A stretch of DNA of 64,000 nucleotides from Botryllus schlosseri. Its lineage: Eukaryota. Below the pieces are notes generated by a model, which made no database searches, was not told where the DNA came from, and saw only the letters and a program-made list of their open reading frames with translations. Location: positions 29,824,001-29,888,000 of the forward strand of contig CM119371.1 of NCBI GenBank assembly GCA_051294905.1. The letters are read 5' to 3'. The translations under genes were made by a program, and so were the position numbers. Of this stretch, positions 13,144 to 26,887 are shown piece by piece; position 1 is the first letter of the stretch, and the number at the start of each line of letters is the position of its first letter.

Positions 13144-14287
13144 CAGGGGTGGGCAAACTACGGCCCGCGGGCCGCATGCGGCCCGCCACACCGTTCTGTG
13201 CGGCCCGCGAGAGTCTAAAGAAACTTTTTTTAAATATTGATGAAATGCATACTAAAAATCGAATTAATGCAGGGACTTGATTAAACTTTTTAGTATATTT
13301 CACCATGATATTTTTAAGGAAGTGGTTCTCAAACTGGTGGGCGCGCCCAACTTGAGGGGGGAAAGCATCTTAAGAAGGGCGCGAAGCTGAGATCAACTGA
13401 AAAATCTTTTCGCGCTCCGCGCGATTTACATCCAATTCACAGTTGTTGTTCTGTATTTAGTCTCAATTTCATATTTAATAATCTCTCATCCACAGTCGTA
13501 ACCTTCCATGCCATCAAACTACCCGTTAGGTTTGCTAGCATCCTGGTTGCGTTTTGTGATATGACGAGAAAGGGGACACGTAATCTTTCACCATCGTAAG
13601 GGGGCAAAGTTTGGTCTCTTGCAAAGTTTGAAAACCACTGTTCTAAGGTAAATAATTCCTAGATTATTTTTCATGTTTAATATCTGGCGCGACAGCCCGA
13701 TAATAGAGCTCACGCAGTTTGAAAGGTTCAAACTGCTAAAAATCGCAGAAATCCTGAACGAGATTGACGTAATTCGGGTCACGAGTGTGATTTCAGATTG
13801 GCCACTCCAGTTTCAATTTTTTCAGTGAGGTTCTTATAAAAAACGATTCGCGCTTGTCTTAGGTAGATTCGTTCTCTGTATGCGTAGAATTAGGGTATTT
13901 ATATTTTATCCACACACTGTACAAACGTGTTTGAAGCTAACATGGTTATGATGCTGTCAGCATTGTGTATCCAGGAACTGAACCAAAAGTGGAATTAACA
14001 AATCTATGAACCGATCGCTGCTGACACCGACTTTCATCTCTATAGTTTTGACAAATCGGTTGTTGAGGTCGACCAGCCTATGAAATCTCGCCACTGTTTC
14101 TGGCGCATGTACGATATCATCAACGAAATGCTTGGTTTGTCTTTTAATAAGCATCTACATGTCATCAATATATAATCAAATACCAATATTGCGTTTTGGT
14201 TTATAATCCCAATTTTATATAGTGCGGCCCGCGAATGGATTCAGATGTTGAATGCGGCCCGCGAGCTCAAAAGTTTGCCCACCCCTG
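13144..14287. mobile_element. hAT MITE nested in the Polinton-like element
   Basis: TIR CAGGGGTGGGCAAACT; perfect TSD CATTAAAG at 13136-13143 and 14288-14295. Confidence 0.92.
13320..13640. mobile_element. Smaller hAT MITE nested in 13144-14287
   Basis: AGTGGTTCTCAAACT...AGTTTGAAAACCACTG; TSD TTTTAAGG/TTCTAAGG; relatives at ~7655-7935 and ~46978-47250. Confidence 0.8.
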
Positions 14288-14858
14288 CATTAAAGTATCG
14301 CGATAGCATAGTGAAATTATTTACTGAAACTCTATTTGACAAACGGAAAACTCAGTCGTGAATAGAGTTGTAAGGTTTCATTACTTGTTTCAAATCAATA
14401 TGCGTATAATCTTTAAATATGACTGGGTTGAAAGTTGGTAGTCATGTTTGTCAATCTATTTCAATTCAGACTATGTCAAAGCCCAAATATTTCATTTTGT
14501 ATTATCTGGATTTACCTTTAGTAGCCTATACATCTCGCGAGTGGATTCCGACGCCGTACTATAACATTTTTTGATTATTAGGTTTCAAGGATTTTCATGA
14601 TAGAGTTGACAAGTGATAGGAGTTTGATTTCAAGTTGATAAAGACAATAACTGTATAATGCACATACTTGTGATTCTTGATTCTTGTAGAGTTATAGTTG
14701 GTATTGATTCGATAGGTGTGAAAACGGCGGCGCGCAATGTGCGAATAATTCGATGTGGCTAAAAGTCGGCGTCAGTAATATTCAGGTTACGGTCGAATCA
14801 AAAGATCCCGTTAAAAAGATTTCTCAAATTAATTAGAATTGTACCGAATTAACACATT

Positions 14859-16482
14859 CAGATACGAATCAACTTGAGCTGTGTAGTAAGTTTCATTTCA
14901 AGTTGACAAATTGACACATTGCTTGAATATTCGCATGATTCTTATCATACAACTAAAGTCAACCACGTTCCGAAGTGTCAAAACATATAGCAACCACCAG
15001 AAAGTGTCAAATTGTTGGTTTACGAATCACCGTCTGCGACGGCTCTGTGACAAACTTATTGCGGAAATATTACCTTGTGAGCGATCGGTATGTCTGTAAC
15101 ACCAAATCATGAGCGATCGCTATGTCTGAAGCATTACCCTGTGAGTGGTCGTAGGATTTTACAATTATTTCACACCTTTTTGAGTATGTGGTAATCTCAC
15201 AAAGGATTAGGGTTAGGGCGGAAATAAGTGATAATTTGTTGCTATTCAAGTTACCCACACTGATGGTTCTGTTAGTCGGTATTTATTAAATCTTACCAGC
15301 GAAATCAAGTTCTGTGACAAACTGATTACTAAAATTTCACCGCGTGAGCGATCGGTATGTTTGTAACACCAAGTCACTAAAAATGGTTATGCCCGAGACA
15401 TTATCTTGTCAGCGATCGCGGGATTTGCAATCAATTTTACACTTTTTGAAGTGTTAATTTACGAGCGCGGTTATTTGTTGGTCGCTTTTCGTGTCGCTGC
15501 TGAATACTGAATACTGCTGAATGTAATAGCATCGACTGGATTAGTGGAATAATCGATGCGATAGTGCGCGCTCCGAATTTCCAAAACGGACCGTATTTAG
15601 TGGGTCACACAGGTCAAAATACAACCACCGACGTCTGGTTTTCAAAATCGCACAATGCACTGCAGATTAGTGAATTTCCTGTTTAGTGATGCCTATACCC
15701 GAAAGTACGATATGCGAGAGATGGCTATACTGAAAGGGCGAATCACGACCGCAGCCATAAGAACACATGGCGAATCACCACCACAGCATATACGCGAAAG
15801 TACGACATGCGAGAGATGCCTATACCTAAAAGTACGATGTGCCAACACGAGTTTCCAATATGACATGCGAGAGATGCCTATACCCGAAAGTACGATATGC
15901 CGACGCAACCATAAGAACACATGGCGAATCACCAACACAGCCTATACGCGAAAGTACGACATGCGAAAGTACGACGTGCGAGAGATGTCTTTACCCGAAA
16001 GTGCGATATGCCGACGCACTCAAAAGAACACATGGCGAATCACCAGAGATCCCGTAAGAATACACGGCAGGTGAATCACCGTCACCACCTATAGTAAAAA
16101 AAGGCGAGTCACGACCACGAGTTTTCACGATATACACATTAACAAAGATTCATTCACATGACTATTTACTTGATACATATTCAACACCGGTCGAGAGATG
16201 CATATACCGAAAAGGGTCACCGGTTCAAGACGAGTTTTCGCGGCACCGGTCGAGTGATCCCTATACCGAAAAGGGTCACCGGTTCAAGACGAGTTTCGAG
16301 GCACCGGTCGAGAGATCCCTACACTCATAAGGCACCGGTCGGGTGGAAGGGGGTCTGAAAGTACGAGTCACGAGCGAGAGAGGGGGTCAAAAGGGTCACC
16401 GGTTCAGGACGAGTTTTCGCGGCACCGGTCGGGTGCACCCATAAGAGCCCCTGCCACCCCCAGACCGATCTACTATACTACT
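14859..16482 (-). repeat. Right TIR (1624 bp)
   Basis: Reverse complement of 7967-9590; no net indel and no mismatch in spot checks. Confidence 0.95.
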
Positions 16483-16627
16483 GTCGTACAAAGACCATAC
16501 AAAATTCGGAGTGAGTTCAGCTACAACTTTTAACTTTCAACTCTCGGAAAAAATAAAACTAAAACGGCACCAAACCATCTACAAATCATGAAGCGATATG
16601 GATTAATATTGAGATATATAGTGATTA

Positions 16628-16848
16628 CCGGTGTTGAGTTGACTCGTTTTTATATTTGATATGTTTGAGCATGAGGCAACAAAACATTTCACCAAATATC
16701 AACGAAGTCGGAAAATGAGTGTATAGGAATCTGCCACTGGCAGACGATCAGTTGAAAACGATTGATTCACATTCCTTGGCGAATTTGAGGGGGTACTGGT
16801 GCCTGCCATTGTTAATATTCGGATTTTCGGAATCAGTGCAACAATAGC
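16628..16848 (-). pseudogene. Degenerate exon, paralog of ~24385-24665 and ~59755-59983
   Basis: Shared motif FN*SSASGRF / FQCSYASGRF / CQCSSASGER; ends H-cg|GTAAT; in-frame TGA at the conserved Cys position. Confidence 0.45.
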
Positions 16849-19189
16849 CTTTGATTGATATTAGTTATTATAAATTCTGAGCTATTTATGCTGAATTGCA
16901 TTATCACAAGTGCGGCACGACTCGTGACATTTGGCTTTAAAAATAACTCTGTTCTATGTCCTTTATCGTGCCAGTTGCTCGTGATAAGAGGCACGCGCAA
17001 AGTTCTCCGCGTCAATAGACGTTACTATGAATGTATTGTTGAAAACTATATTCAGTAAAATACGTAAATGTGTCTATATCACATGGGTTGGGGCAAAACT
17101 GTGTCATGGGACCAGTGTTGTAACTATCTGACAATGCTCAGAGTCTCAAGTCAATCTCAATTTTATAGTTTTGACTCGAGTCAAGTCGAGTCATTTTCAA
17201 TTCACCACCTAGTTAAGTCCGAATACGAGTCATCGAGCAGGGTACATGTAAGGTAGGTTTAGTAATGCTATATAGGATGTTAAGACGCTTCATATGAACG
17301 GAAACAAAACCATTTCGAATACGAATGTGATGTCGCTTTTTTCTATCACATCAAAGATTTTCATAATCTGTGAATAAAAATCTGCTAAAAACAGCTTGTT
17401 CTATGACGTTTCTTGCTGTTTGGTCATAGCTACAAATATTGTGAAGTCATCAGAGGTCGTCAAAGTACTTAACATATGTACTCAAGTAGAAGTAGAAGTA
17501 ACGGCGTCCATTTCTACTAAAGTAGAAGTAAAAGTAACTTTTTATAAGTATCTGAAAAGGTAATTATTCTAGGCCTGATTTTTGCTATCAGGATCAATTT
17601 ATTATTATTTTCTTCCCTTCAGAACATCACAAGACTACGATACAATTAAAAAATAGGAAGGCGTCGAAACGCCTTGGAGTAGTCTTTGAAATCAGACACG
17701 GAGCTGGGCCTAGGCGATGTAAAGAAGAGGTATGCACAGCACACTCAATGAGACATAAAGCGACATTGAGATTGTGAAGCATTTGAAAATAAAAAGCTTT
17801 AGCATTTGGTGTTTCAATGGTTCGGAGAGAGAGCCACATGGACATGGAAAAGATTGTTAATTTTGCTCATGTTTTTATTTATTCAATTTCAAAAATCAGC
17901 TGTGTGATTCAATGCAAAAATTAATTTTCTCCTATGATATACATAATCGCTATTCCAGAATAACTGTTATATAGATATGACTGGCCTGGACATTATATGT
18001 TCATTAAAAATAAATTTCTCAATTCATGCCTCATATATGTTACGATGATGCCCAAATGTGTCGTCAGGAGCGTTACGCTTTAATATTATAGATTCGCCAC
18101 CATCTATCTTTGTGGAAATGGATATTCGTCCCTCGCTCATATCAAATAAACGGCACGAATATTCAAGACACGACCGCGTATTTCAAGAAATGATGCTACA
18201 TACTTCGCTTCAAAATAATATAAGTATTCCTAATTTAAACAAAAATCGTATGATGAAGGGTCATTTTGTTACTGTTTATTACTAGCCTGCAGTTAATATA
18301 TACACACGACAGATGACGGTTTTGCACGATAATTGAGCTACATTAGAACTGAAACTGAGGGGTCGGCGGGGGTCCGGGGTGGTCAAAAACGGGTTCACGG
18401 AGACAAAAAGGTTCGGAACCACTGCTCTAGATGTTTTTGTGCATTTCAAGTATCTCAGCCACTGTTTTCAATTCGAGATTTCAGGTACATTCATAACGCA
18501 AACTCGACTGCACATCAGTGCTTTTCAACATGTGGGTTAGCACGCACTTGTGCGGCTGACAAACGTGGTATGGATGTGTGCGGATAAAAATCATAAATTA
18601 TTGCTACTTATTATGACATGGAATAATTCAAACAAACCTAATAGAAAATTCAGGTGCAGTGGCTCCCTAACTTTTGTCGTTGCGGGGCAATTATAACACT
18701 AATTTGACTTGCCACGCATCGCTAATCGTAGCTCGTACAACAACTTTATCTTGCACAAGCCCCAGTGGAATAATATTTGCGCACTATTGTTATTATTATT
18801 ACGTCATCAAAAGTCCAGTTCGAAAACGGGTGTAGTAGCAGACATACAGTGCATCAGGACGTATGAGCCTTCGACATGCTTGCATAAATTACGTACTAAA
18901 GTATCGTTTAGCACTAGACACGAAGATGGTGGTAAACGCTATCATTATAGACTCACATTGGCAAGTTACTGTAACAAAAACTGATCCCCTGCAGGTGTTT
19001 TAAAGTATCGGCCGCGAAGGAATAATTTTGGGTCGCAAAAATAGTTCCATGCGATAGTTTTTGCATGTCAAAAGTCACTGTGTTGAGTACTGTATCCAAT
19101 AAGCGGGACACCCAGGAAATATAGCTTGATCATGATAACGTTCCAACCTTTGTATTACACACATTGGTTTGAATTCATGATAAGATTTA

Positions 19190-19503
19190 GGAATAGGACG
19201 TAGGAATAATTTTGTTCTTGATGTTTTGCAGACATATGCACCGATTCAAGATATATTCATGCACACGATCTGTGCATTAGCATACCGTGAGTGCATGATG
19301 TGAATATGCCGCTGAAAAAGGGAGCACACATAGCCTTCTAAGGCTTTCTGAGTCTTTCATCTCCCGTGCAAGCTATCCGCCAAGCGGCGACGCCGTGGAA
19401 ACAAGCAGTACTACTAATCAGGTTTTTGGTATGACCCATGGTGGGATTTAACCCACGTCCTCCTAGAAATTCGGTCTCTCCGCCATTACGCTATCTTGTC
19501 GGT
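19190..19503 (-). mobile_element. tRNA-derived SINE (diverged copy)
   Basis: Same head (CCATTACGCTATCTTGTCGGT on +) and body as 4670-5007. Confidence 0.75.
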
Positions 19504-20517
19504 AATTTGTCCGACGGGTTTCTCTGGAAAACACCGTCGCAGACAGCTGGGATGCTTTATGGTAGGTGTGTGCAACGACAGGGTGCGAGCCTATGAGACG
19601 CATTCATTTTGAGGTCAAACCCTTCTGCGCCGGAATACAACAAAAATAACTAAAACTTATTAGGGCGAAATGGGTTTTAGTTCACTATAGTTGATATGAA
19701 AACCAGGGGAAATAGTTGTCTTTTTAATGCGATACTCCATGGCCTAAACCGGTAGACGATTGGTTGAACATCTGACTAAAATATTGTTAAGTATCTTCAT
19801 TTCCTTTTCGTATATCAATTTTCGGTTTGTTTGTAAGATGATTTTCTTTTGCAAAAAAAGTGCGGATGGTGCTCACAGAGGATGGAAAGTACTGGTCTAG
19901 AACATTGGTATATAACAGTCAGACTTGTACAAACTACCCATTTAGTTAGTTGACGGGCAACTAACTAACGGGTTTTTGAGTAGTTCTAGTTCTAGTTCGA
20001 GTCGCGGATTTTGAAAATTGAGTAGTTGTGGTTATAGTTTTAGTTGCATATTTTGAAAATTCGGTAGTTCTAGTTCTAGTTTTAGTTGCAGATTTGAAAA
20101 AATATTAGTTGTCGAACAACTAGAAAACATGTGTCGTGGTTTTGAGCGAATTGACATGCCGGTGTTCTGTTGAATGATGTTTGTACAGCCATTGCTCGCT
20201 CAGAACCATCACTGCTAGTTGCGTAGCCAGCGGGTGGCTTTTCTGGGTAGGACGTTCTCCCATTTCAAGTTAGAAACCCCGTTCTTTTGAGGTGTCGGTC
20301 CTATGTCTGATATTTCCGATGAAATGAAAATCAATATGTTGCCTAGGAGAATGAAATTCAGTTCAGTACGGTACTGAACATTTAATGACTTGGGAACCCC
20401 TATGTTTGCGATTGCGCATGTTTTTTCTATCCTTTATTTGATAACGTTTTTAAAGGAATCAGTTCGACTTTCGACTGTCCTATTAACGTTTTTAGAGGAA
20501 TCAGTTCGACTTTCGAC

Positions 20518-21512
20518 CAGTGTTGGGATCAAGTCACTACCTTCGAGTCACGAGTCATCTCGAGTCATTGCAGATTTTGACTCGAGTCAAGTCAAGTCAA
20601 TCGATTTTCAAAGGTGACTCGAGTCAAGTCAAGTCACTCGTTTTTTGGTGGTGACTCGAGTCAAGTCGAGTCAAGTCAAGTCAAGTCACGAGTCAAGTCA
20701 CAATTCAAGTCAAATTGAGTTTTTGACGTACGAGTGATGATTCAAAGTCATTACAATTTGCTAGCTGTGTGAAAGACAGATTAATTGATCATTTATCTTG
20801 AATCAAATAACGAATATCTAGCTAAATATACATGCAAAAAGACGCTGTATCCCTCACGCACACGTAGAACTGCTAATAAAATACGGGAGTTGTACAGCTA
20901 CATGATACAGTCAGTTATTATCATCCAAAATATAGGACCTAATCCGAAGCTTCGAGAAGTTGAAACAAATTGATATGGTACAATAGCCTACACTACCCGT
21001 CACACATCCGTGAGAATATAAACGCACCAACTATATTTGTTCGATTTAAATCATATAAGATGGTTGGTAAATATGAGCACTGCGCAAGGTGAGCATTGAG
21101 CCGTCTAAGACACAGAGGCACATTTCTATTTAGATTAATCCACTACTACTACTTCGACAACGTAAGCTGTGATCGTTTAGTTTTCGGTCAATTTATTTGT
21201 GATGTAACAATGAAGGATCAGTGTAACATAGAATCAGTGAATGACTGGTTACCCTCACAAGTGACACCGGCGTATCTCGAACAATCCGAACATACACAAG
21301 ATACAGTGATTTATTCGACAGTGTTTACTTGATGACTTGAAATTGACTCGTAAATATTACTCCGAGTCACGAGTCAATGCCCATTTTTGAAGCTCCGAGT
21401 CAAGTCAAGTCAAGTCATTTTCCCAAAGTGACTCGAGTCAAGTCAAGTCATACGAAAAAGTTGACTCGAGTCTGACTCAAGTCAAGTCATGACTCGAGTC
21501 ATCCCAACACTG
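20518..21512. mobile_element. hAT-type MITE with GACTCGAGTC/(CAAGT)n subterminal arrays
   Basis: TIR CAGTGTTGGGAT; TSD CTTTCGAC. Confidence 0.9.
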
Positions 21513-23231
21513 CTTTCGACTGTCCTTATTTGTATTTTGTGTCTGTACTAATTGTATTTGTACGATTTTAGTGATTTGATTGTTTGATTACTGTTTTAAA
21601 TTGTCTTTTTTTGCTAGTATAAATTCCCCCCGCTACCGTTGTCTCGGCCTCCATACCATCGAGCAACTGACGAGCGAGCACTATTGCGAATCTCACTCTC
21701 TTGTATTAGCATCTTTGTATTCTCCAAGCAATTCTGAAGATACCACTGTGTATTATTCGATTTGGGTTGCTTGATTCGTTTTGAATACAAGATTGATACG
21801 CAAGGTTAGCGAGTCCAAGAGCAGATTCAGCTGAGCGGACAGGGTTCGACGCCTGGTAAATCGGCACTCATTTACATCGGAGTGTCGCGTCGAAACAATT
21901 CGCAATAGTGCTCGCTCGTCCGTTGCTCGATGGAATGGAGACTCTGGCATTAGTCGGGTAGGGAATCGTCTGTGTACGGCTTCTGAACAAATGTAGTTGA
22001 TCACTGACCCAAGTCGCTTAACTTGATGGATTCAACCGGCTGATCCATCGAACTATTCTGTTTCGGCGTTGACTGCACGTGAGATAAATATTACTTACCC
22101 TTCTTTGTTTTGCGCTCTTAAACCCCCATTGGTTGTCAGAAGTTGTTACGTGACCACAAGGGAACGTGCCATTTCGAATCAACACAGCAGAAGTCGCAAT
22201 GATTCGCAATAATAATCATAAAAATGGTTTTGCTCTTTTGACATTCTGTTGATGCACAGTTCAATTTCTCGAAATTAATCGTTATACTCAATTATTAGTT
22301 GTGGATAGTTAGATGTGTATTCTAGTAAATTTTTCTTGTTCTTATGATTCAGCGAATATTTGGATCATTTAGTCAGTGATTTTTAACCTTTTATTGCTTC
22401 GATCGCCACTTTTTAAAAATCGATCCGATATGGCGCGCGCCCCCTATTTTAAGGCCTATATACTGCAGAGGAGGGGGCAGAGGGCGAAGTGCAGTCGGGA
22501 TTAGGGATTGGGCCATTGCCGTTGAACATAGTATTTTTCATACTCACTTCAGGGCTCGAAGCTATCAGACTGTTGACCAGGGCCCACTAGTAGGTCACAG
22601 GAGCACTTTGAGGTGGGCCACAGAGCTATTTGGACAATTAGTGAATTAGTGAAAGTTAAGTTCTATTTTTATGTTATTCGCCGAAATATTTCTTCATATT
22701 ATCGAATTATACCTAGGCCACATAAAGATTTTCATCCCACTCTGATGAGACGCAGTGACATGTATGGAGTCATAATGTTCATGTCGAAAATGGTTGGGAA
22801 ACCGGCCGCTTTTGTCCAATCACAATCATCACGTTTCATCATTATAGTCAGTAAATGCATCTATGTTTCCCTTGTTGGAGCAAGACGTTGCATCGTAGAA
22901 TCGTTTGTAACTTATATATTTCGACATTGCAATCGTGCGGCCCGCGGTTCCTGTCAACTTGAAAAAGTGGCCCGTCATATATTTTGAGTTGGTGACCCAT
23001 CAGTTAGGTATAGCCATAGTAATTCCCTTATCGTTTATAAATTTCGGTACATTTTCAATATCTTAGACTATGCTTTGAATGATATATTCCAGTTATATTC
23101 ATACCCGAGAGCTATAGCATACTTGATAACTAACAATGCATTCCTGGTCTGGGAAACATCTGGTCGATACGTCAACACTCAAAAGTTAAGATAGCCTGGT
23201 AGTATAAGCAACCGATAGAGTAAGTAATTAT

Positions 23232-23731
23232 TTGGGTTGGGCACAATGATTCGAGTACTCGAATCTGAATCGAGTAAATATTTTAATGTTTCGACTCGAG
23301 TAGCAAAAGTCGATTTTTTCGAGTACTGAAATTATACGCTCCTCGCTACTGAAAGTTATATTATCAACGAGAATCATAGTTTAAGAACTACTTTCCACTG
23401 TGGAAGCCTTGGAACCTTGATTGGCCGTATCCCAGCATACGAAACATATAGTACAAAGCTACGGCCGTTACTGGAAAGCCATTCCGAAGTCATGATCCTC
23501 TCACAACATTGTCACAAAGTGCAATGAAATCGGTAGGGTCGAAGAAATACCAAAATATCTTTAATGTGATGGATAACGGGTTTTATATTCTTTGTGGTGA
23601 CACAAAAGGTACATATTTGAACTTCACCATATCACATATTGTTGTGACGTCATAAACTCGAACACTCGACTCGAAGCATATTACGTGATTCAGAATCAAA
23701 TCACTCAGGTACTCGATTTTTCCCAGCCCTA
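23232..23731. mobile_element. hAT-type MITE
   Basis: TTGGGTTGGG...CCCAGCCCTA; TSD GTAATTAT; ACTCGA subrepeats. Confidence 0.8.
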
Positions 23732-24974
23732 GTAATTATATGTCTAATTGTCTATATTGGTCGAATTTTAGAAAAATGGTGAACTGAGCGACGAATCATC
23801 GTTATTGATGTTTTGATGTTGCCTGAGGCCTTGTCAAATTGAAAAAGTGTCCCTTCGCCCATTTTGAATTGATTGGCTTTATTTAGGTGTAGTAAGTAGA
23901 CGCTTTAGTATCTGTACTTATAATACAGTCGAATCATTTGGATCCGTACACCGGATAATTTGTACAGCCGCTTTATTCGGCCACAGTGCTCGCGGAACTG
24001 GAAGAAGCGGAAAGTAGAAGTCAAAAACTATCGGTAATTCGGACGATACTCCTCTTTATTCGGACACAGGTTCGCAATTCCTGTCGTTAGGTTATGACAT
24101 AATAAACTATACTTTGTTCGTTTTATAACATCAGATGAGTGACTATTGTGAAGCAATGGCGACCTATGCAGTAACATGGACAATGAACTCAAAAAAGGTC
24201 GTGGCAGCTTCATGTAGTCGCTTTTCTTTCGATACTATTACTCAACACACTTGACGCCTTCTTTCGGTCACGGTTGTGTTGTTTGCTTTTAATTCCTATT
24301 GTGCACTTTTATCAAGTGAAAATGACGTTTCAGCCCTTACTGCATAGAATAGTACTGTATATGAAGAATTGCTGTACTATTTTACCACGACATAGAACGG
24401 AAGCGGTGTGAAAAATCATGAAGAGGTGTGTCATAATAATGAAATATATTGTTGATACCAACGTCGAGTTGTGGCGTTTTTTGTCTGTCGCGTTTGATCA
24501 AGCAGCGCAACTCTTTACGAATCCCAAGTTTGAAATTGAATGCAAATGAATCTGCCACTGGCATACGAACATTGGAAAGCCATCATAAAAGTGCCCACGA
24601 TGACATTAACCCGATATTGACGACTTCGTCGTTGCTAAGCCTAGCCAAACATACGGGGTGTTATAATATAAAATAATATCGATCATTTATCATAATATCA
24701 ACTTTTCGTCAAGATAGTAAGTCTATGTGTCTATATCGCTTCTCATGTAAGTGGAGCCAAAGTCCGATTTACGCGAGGTCGACTGTATTTGCAATTGTGA
24801 TCGTGCTTTTTTTTCGAAGAAAATATCGGGTCTATATTTTCAACGTAAACCATGCTACAGAAGTAAACATATGTTCTCATGAATATACCATCGGAAAATC
24901 AAGCTGCTCTGAACGCAAGCGATTACTACTATACTTACGGTAAGTACAACTACAATACTGCAATATCAGTATAC

Positions 24975-25065
24975 CTGCAATCCCAACGCCCATCACAAAA
25001 CCTCGACGACGGAAAGCATAATGAACCATCGGAACACGCGAACTCGTCGATTCTGCATGACGAAC
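24975..25065 (-). CDS. Exon encoding an LDL-receptor class A repeat (copy 2)
   Basis: TGCAG|...|GTATA, 91 bp; (G)SSCRIDEFACSDGSLCFPSSRFCDGRWDC. Paralog of 2922-3012. Confidence 0.85.
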
Positions 25066-25181
25066 CTGCAACGAATTTAAAAAATGCTAATGAGACATTA
25101 ATAAATCAAATCGAGAACGATATGATTTCAAATCTGCTGGCTTAGAGCCAACGCATTCATTCAACTTGAATAAAGTCCTAC

Positions 25182-25333
25182 CATCACAAAGATCACCATC
25201 AAGCGCCGCCAAATAAGTTGGTAGCTCGCAGATTGAATGAAATTCTCTGCGAAAATCTTTTCGTCGACAAAATGTGGCGTTTAGTGCATAATTATTGCTG
25301 CTGAAGTTTATTCGGATCTCGTCGGAGAAGTCG
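25182..25333 (-). CDS. Exon preceding the LDLa exon (copy 2)
   Basis: TTCAG|...|GTAGG, open: DFSDEIRINFSSNNYALNATFCRRKDFRREFHSICELPTYLAALDGDLCD. Same length and phase as 3133-3284. Confidence 0.8.
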
Positions 25334-26887
25334 CTGAAATATAGAAACTATGAAACTGTATCCGCTATAATTTTGAATGGATGTTGTTGACAGTTTTGTC
25401 CAAGCCAAGAGCATTAAAACAACGAGGTGGGCTTTGCACACCTTCCATTTTTCACTCGCGAAGGATACGCTGTGTTTTGGATTGGGATGCTGGATATAGT
25501 TCTTATAAAGACCTGGTCATTGAAGCACTAGAAGTTCTTGTACAAAACCAGACAACTTATTTGGTTGAAAAGTGATTTAGAGCACTATAGTTGCAAACAA
25601 AACGACGGAAAAGACCTGTCTTTTCAATGAGTCACTGGATGACGTAAGCCGGTATCCTACTAATTGCACATCTGAACAAAAAGATTTTAAATCACTTCAT
25701 TTCTATTTGTATAACAACTTTAGGTTGGCTTGTGCGGATGAAGTTTGTTTGTAAAATACATGCGGTTATGGCTCAAAAAGATTGAAAAGCACTGGTCTAG
25801 AACATTGGTTCTTAAGTGTTGTTATCGGGGACTATTTGAGCCAGTCTCAGGGTTCCCTGGAGATCAGAACACGCTCAACTAATGTATATGAGATGAGTTC
25901 CTTTTAGCTATCGCTCTCGTTGGTTTCAGGAATTAAGCTCGATTAGTAGTCGTAATATGACTGTTGTGGTCGTATGCAGTGGTATACGAGCAGGACCGTA
26001 ACTGCCGCACACCAAACCCCCCAATAGTGGGGGGGCGAGCTCGAAGGGGCCAAAAATTATTTCGTGAATTAACATAAATTATAGAGTAATTTTTTGAAAA
26101 TTTGTGCAACTTTTGCAAATCATTTTCGCGGTGTGCGCGATTTGCTGCTGCAACATATCTTGATTATTATTCACAGTAAAACTGGTAAATGGTACACACG
26201 TAATCCGGGGAGCAACCTGCCCCCGAAGGAAAATGGCGAGATTGGAGTATTTTTTTAATTTCTGTAATACAGTCCAATTGTTATTCCTATGCAATATTTG
26301 AACAGCTCAGATTACATATTTGTGGTAGATGAAGTATTAGCAATGATTGCAGAGCAGAGGTAAAGATGATTGAAAATGAAGAAACAAAATCACAGAAATT
26401 ATTCTGTGATTCACAAGTGTAATTTTAGTCCAGTGGTGCATTCAAGGCCTTCCGAAGAATATGCGCGTTGCCCAATAACATGATATTTTGTCGAATCGAA
26501 TGTTTCCCTTGTTGCTCAATCTAACTCGAAGTTCATAGCAATACAATAACTTGACATCAGTTGTTCTGAAACTTAAAGACCGCGACTAAAATGTGGTGTG
26601 GTGCCATCCTAAAAAATATAGGCCTACTCACATTTATTTAGAGGGAATGTAACACCCAACATCAAGAGTGCTGGCCTAGACTAACAAGCTATAGACAATT
26701 CGAATCAGGTATTGTGTTCGGTGTAGAGCCCTAACTCTCATATATGTATATCACGCCATATATGCCACAATGCTGAAGTAGCCTACATATTGACGTTTTA
26801 AGCGTCGCCAAATGTATCAACTGGGGCACTCAAATGATATATTAATCCCATAAAATCAATATCTTCCGTCGCTTTGCAAACAATTCC

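Larger units (their letters stand above)
7967..16482. mobile_element. Non-autonomous Polinton/Maverick-like element, 8516 bp
   Basis: Starts AGTAGTATAGTAGATCGG and ends CCGATCTACTATACTACT. TIRs at 7967-9590 and 14859-16482 (mirror ORFs translate identically; coordinate sum constant at 24449). 6-bp TSD GTCGTA at 7961-7966 and 16483-16488. Long TIRs, AG..CT ends and a 6-bp TSD are the Polinton signature. No pPolB, integrase or capsid ORF visible. Confidence 0.88.

Noticed and set aside
7967..16482. Assembly foldback artefact or LTR retrotransposon
   Set aside because: The repeats are inverted rather than direct, have a clean TSD, and an independent diverged relative exists at 61687.
18709..18984. 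ORF conserved with 38686-38940
   Set aside because: The similarity is explained by the segmental duplication; no frame is convincingly coding.
23926..24357. Tigger-like MITE with TA TSD
   Set aside because: Only CAGT/ACTG match at the ends; too weak to call.
24879..25145. Plus-strand ORF with a GTAAGT donor-like site
   Set aside because: Antisense to the LDLa exon; no supporting downstream exons seen.
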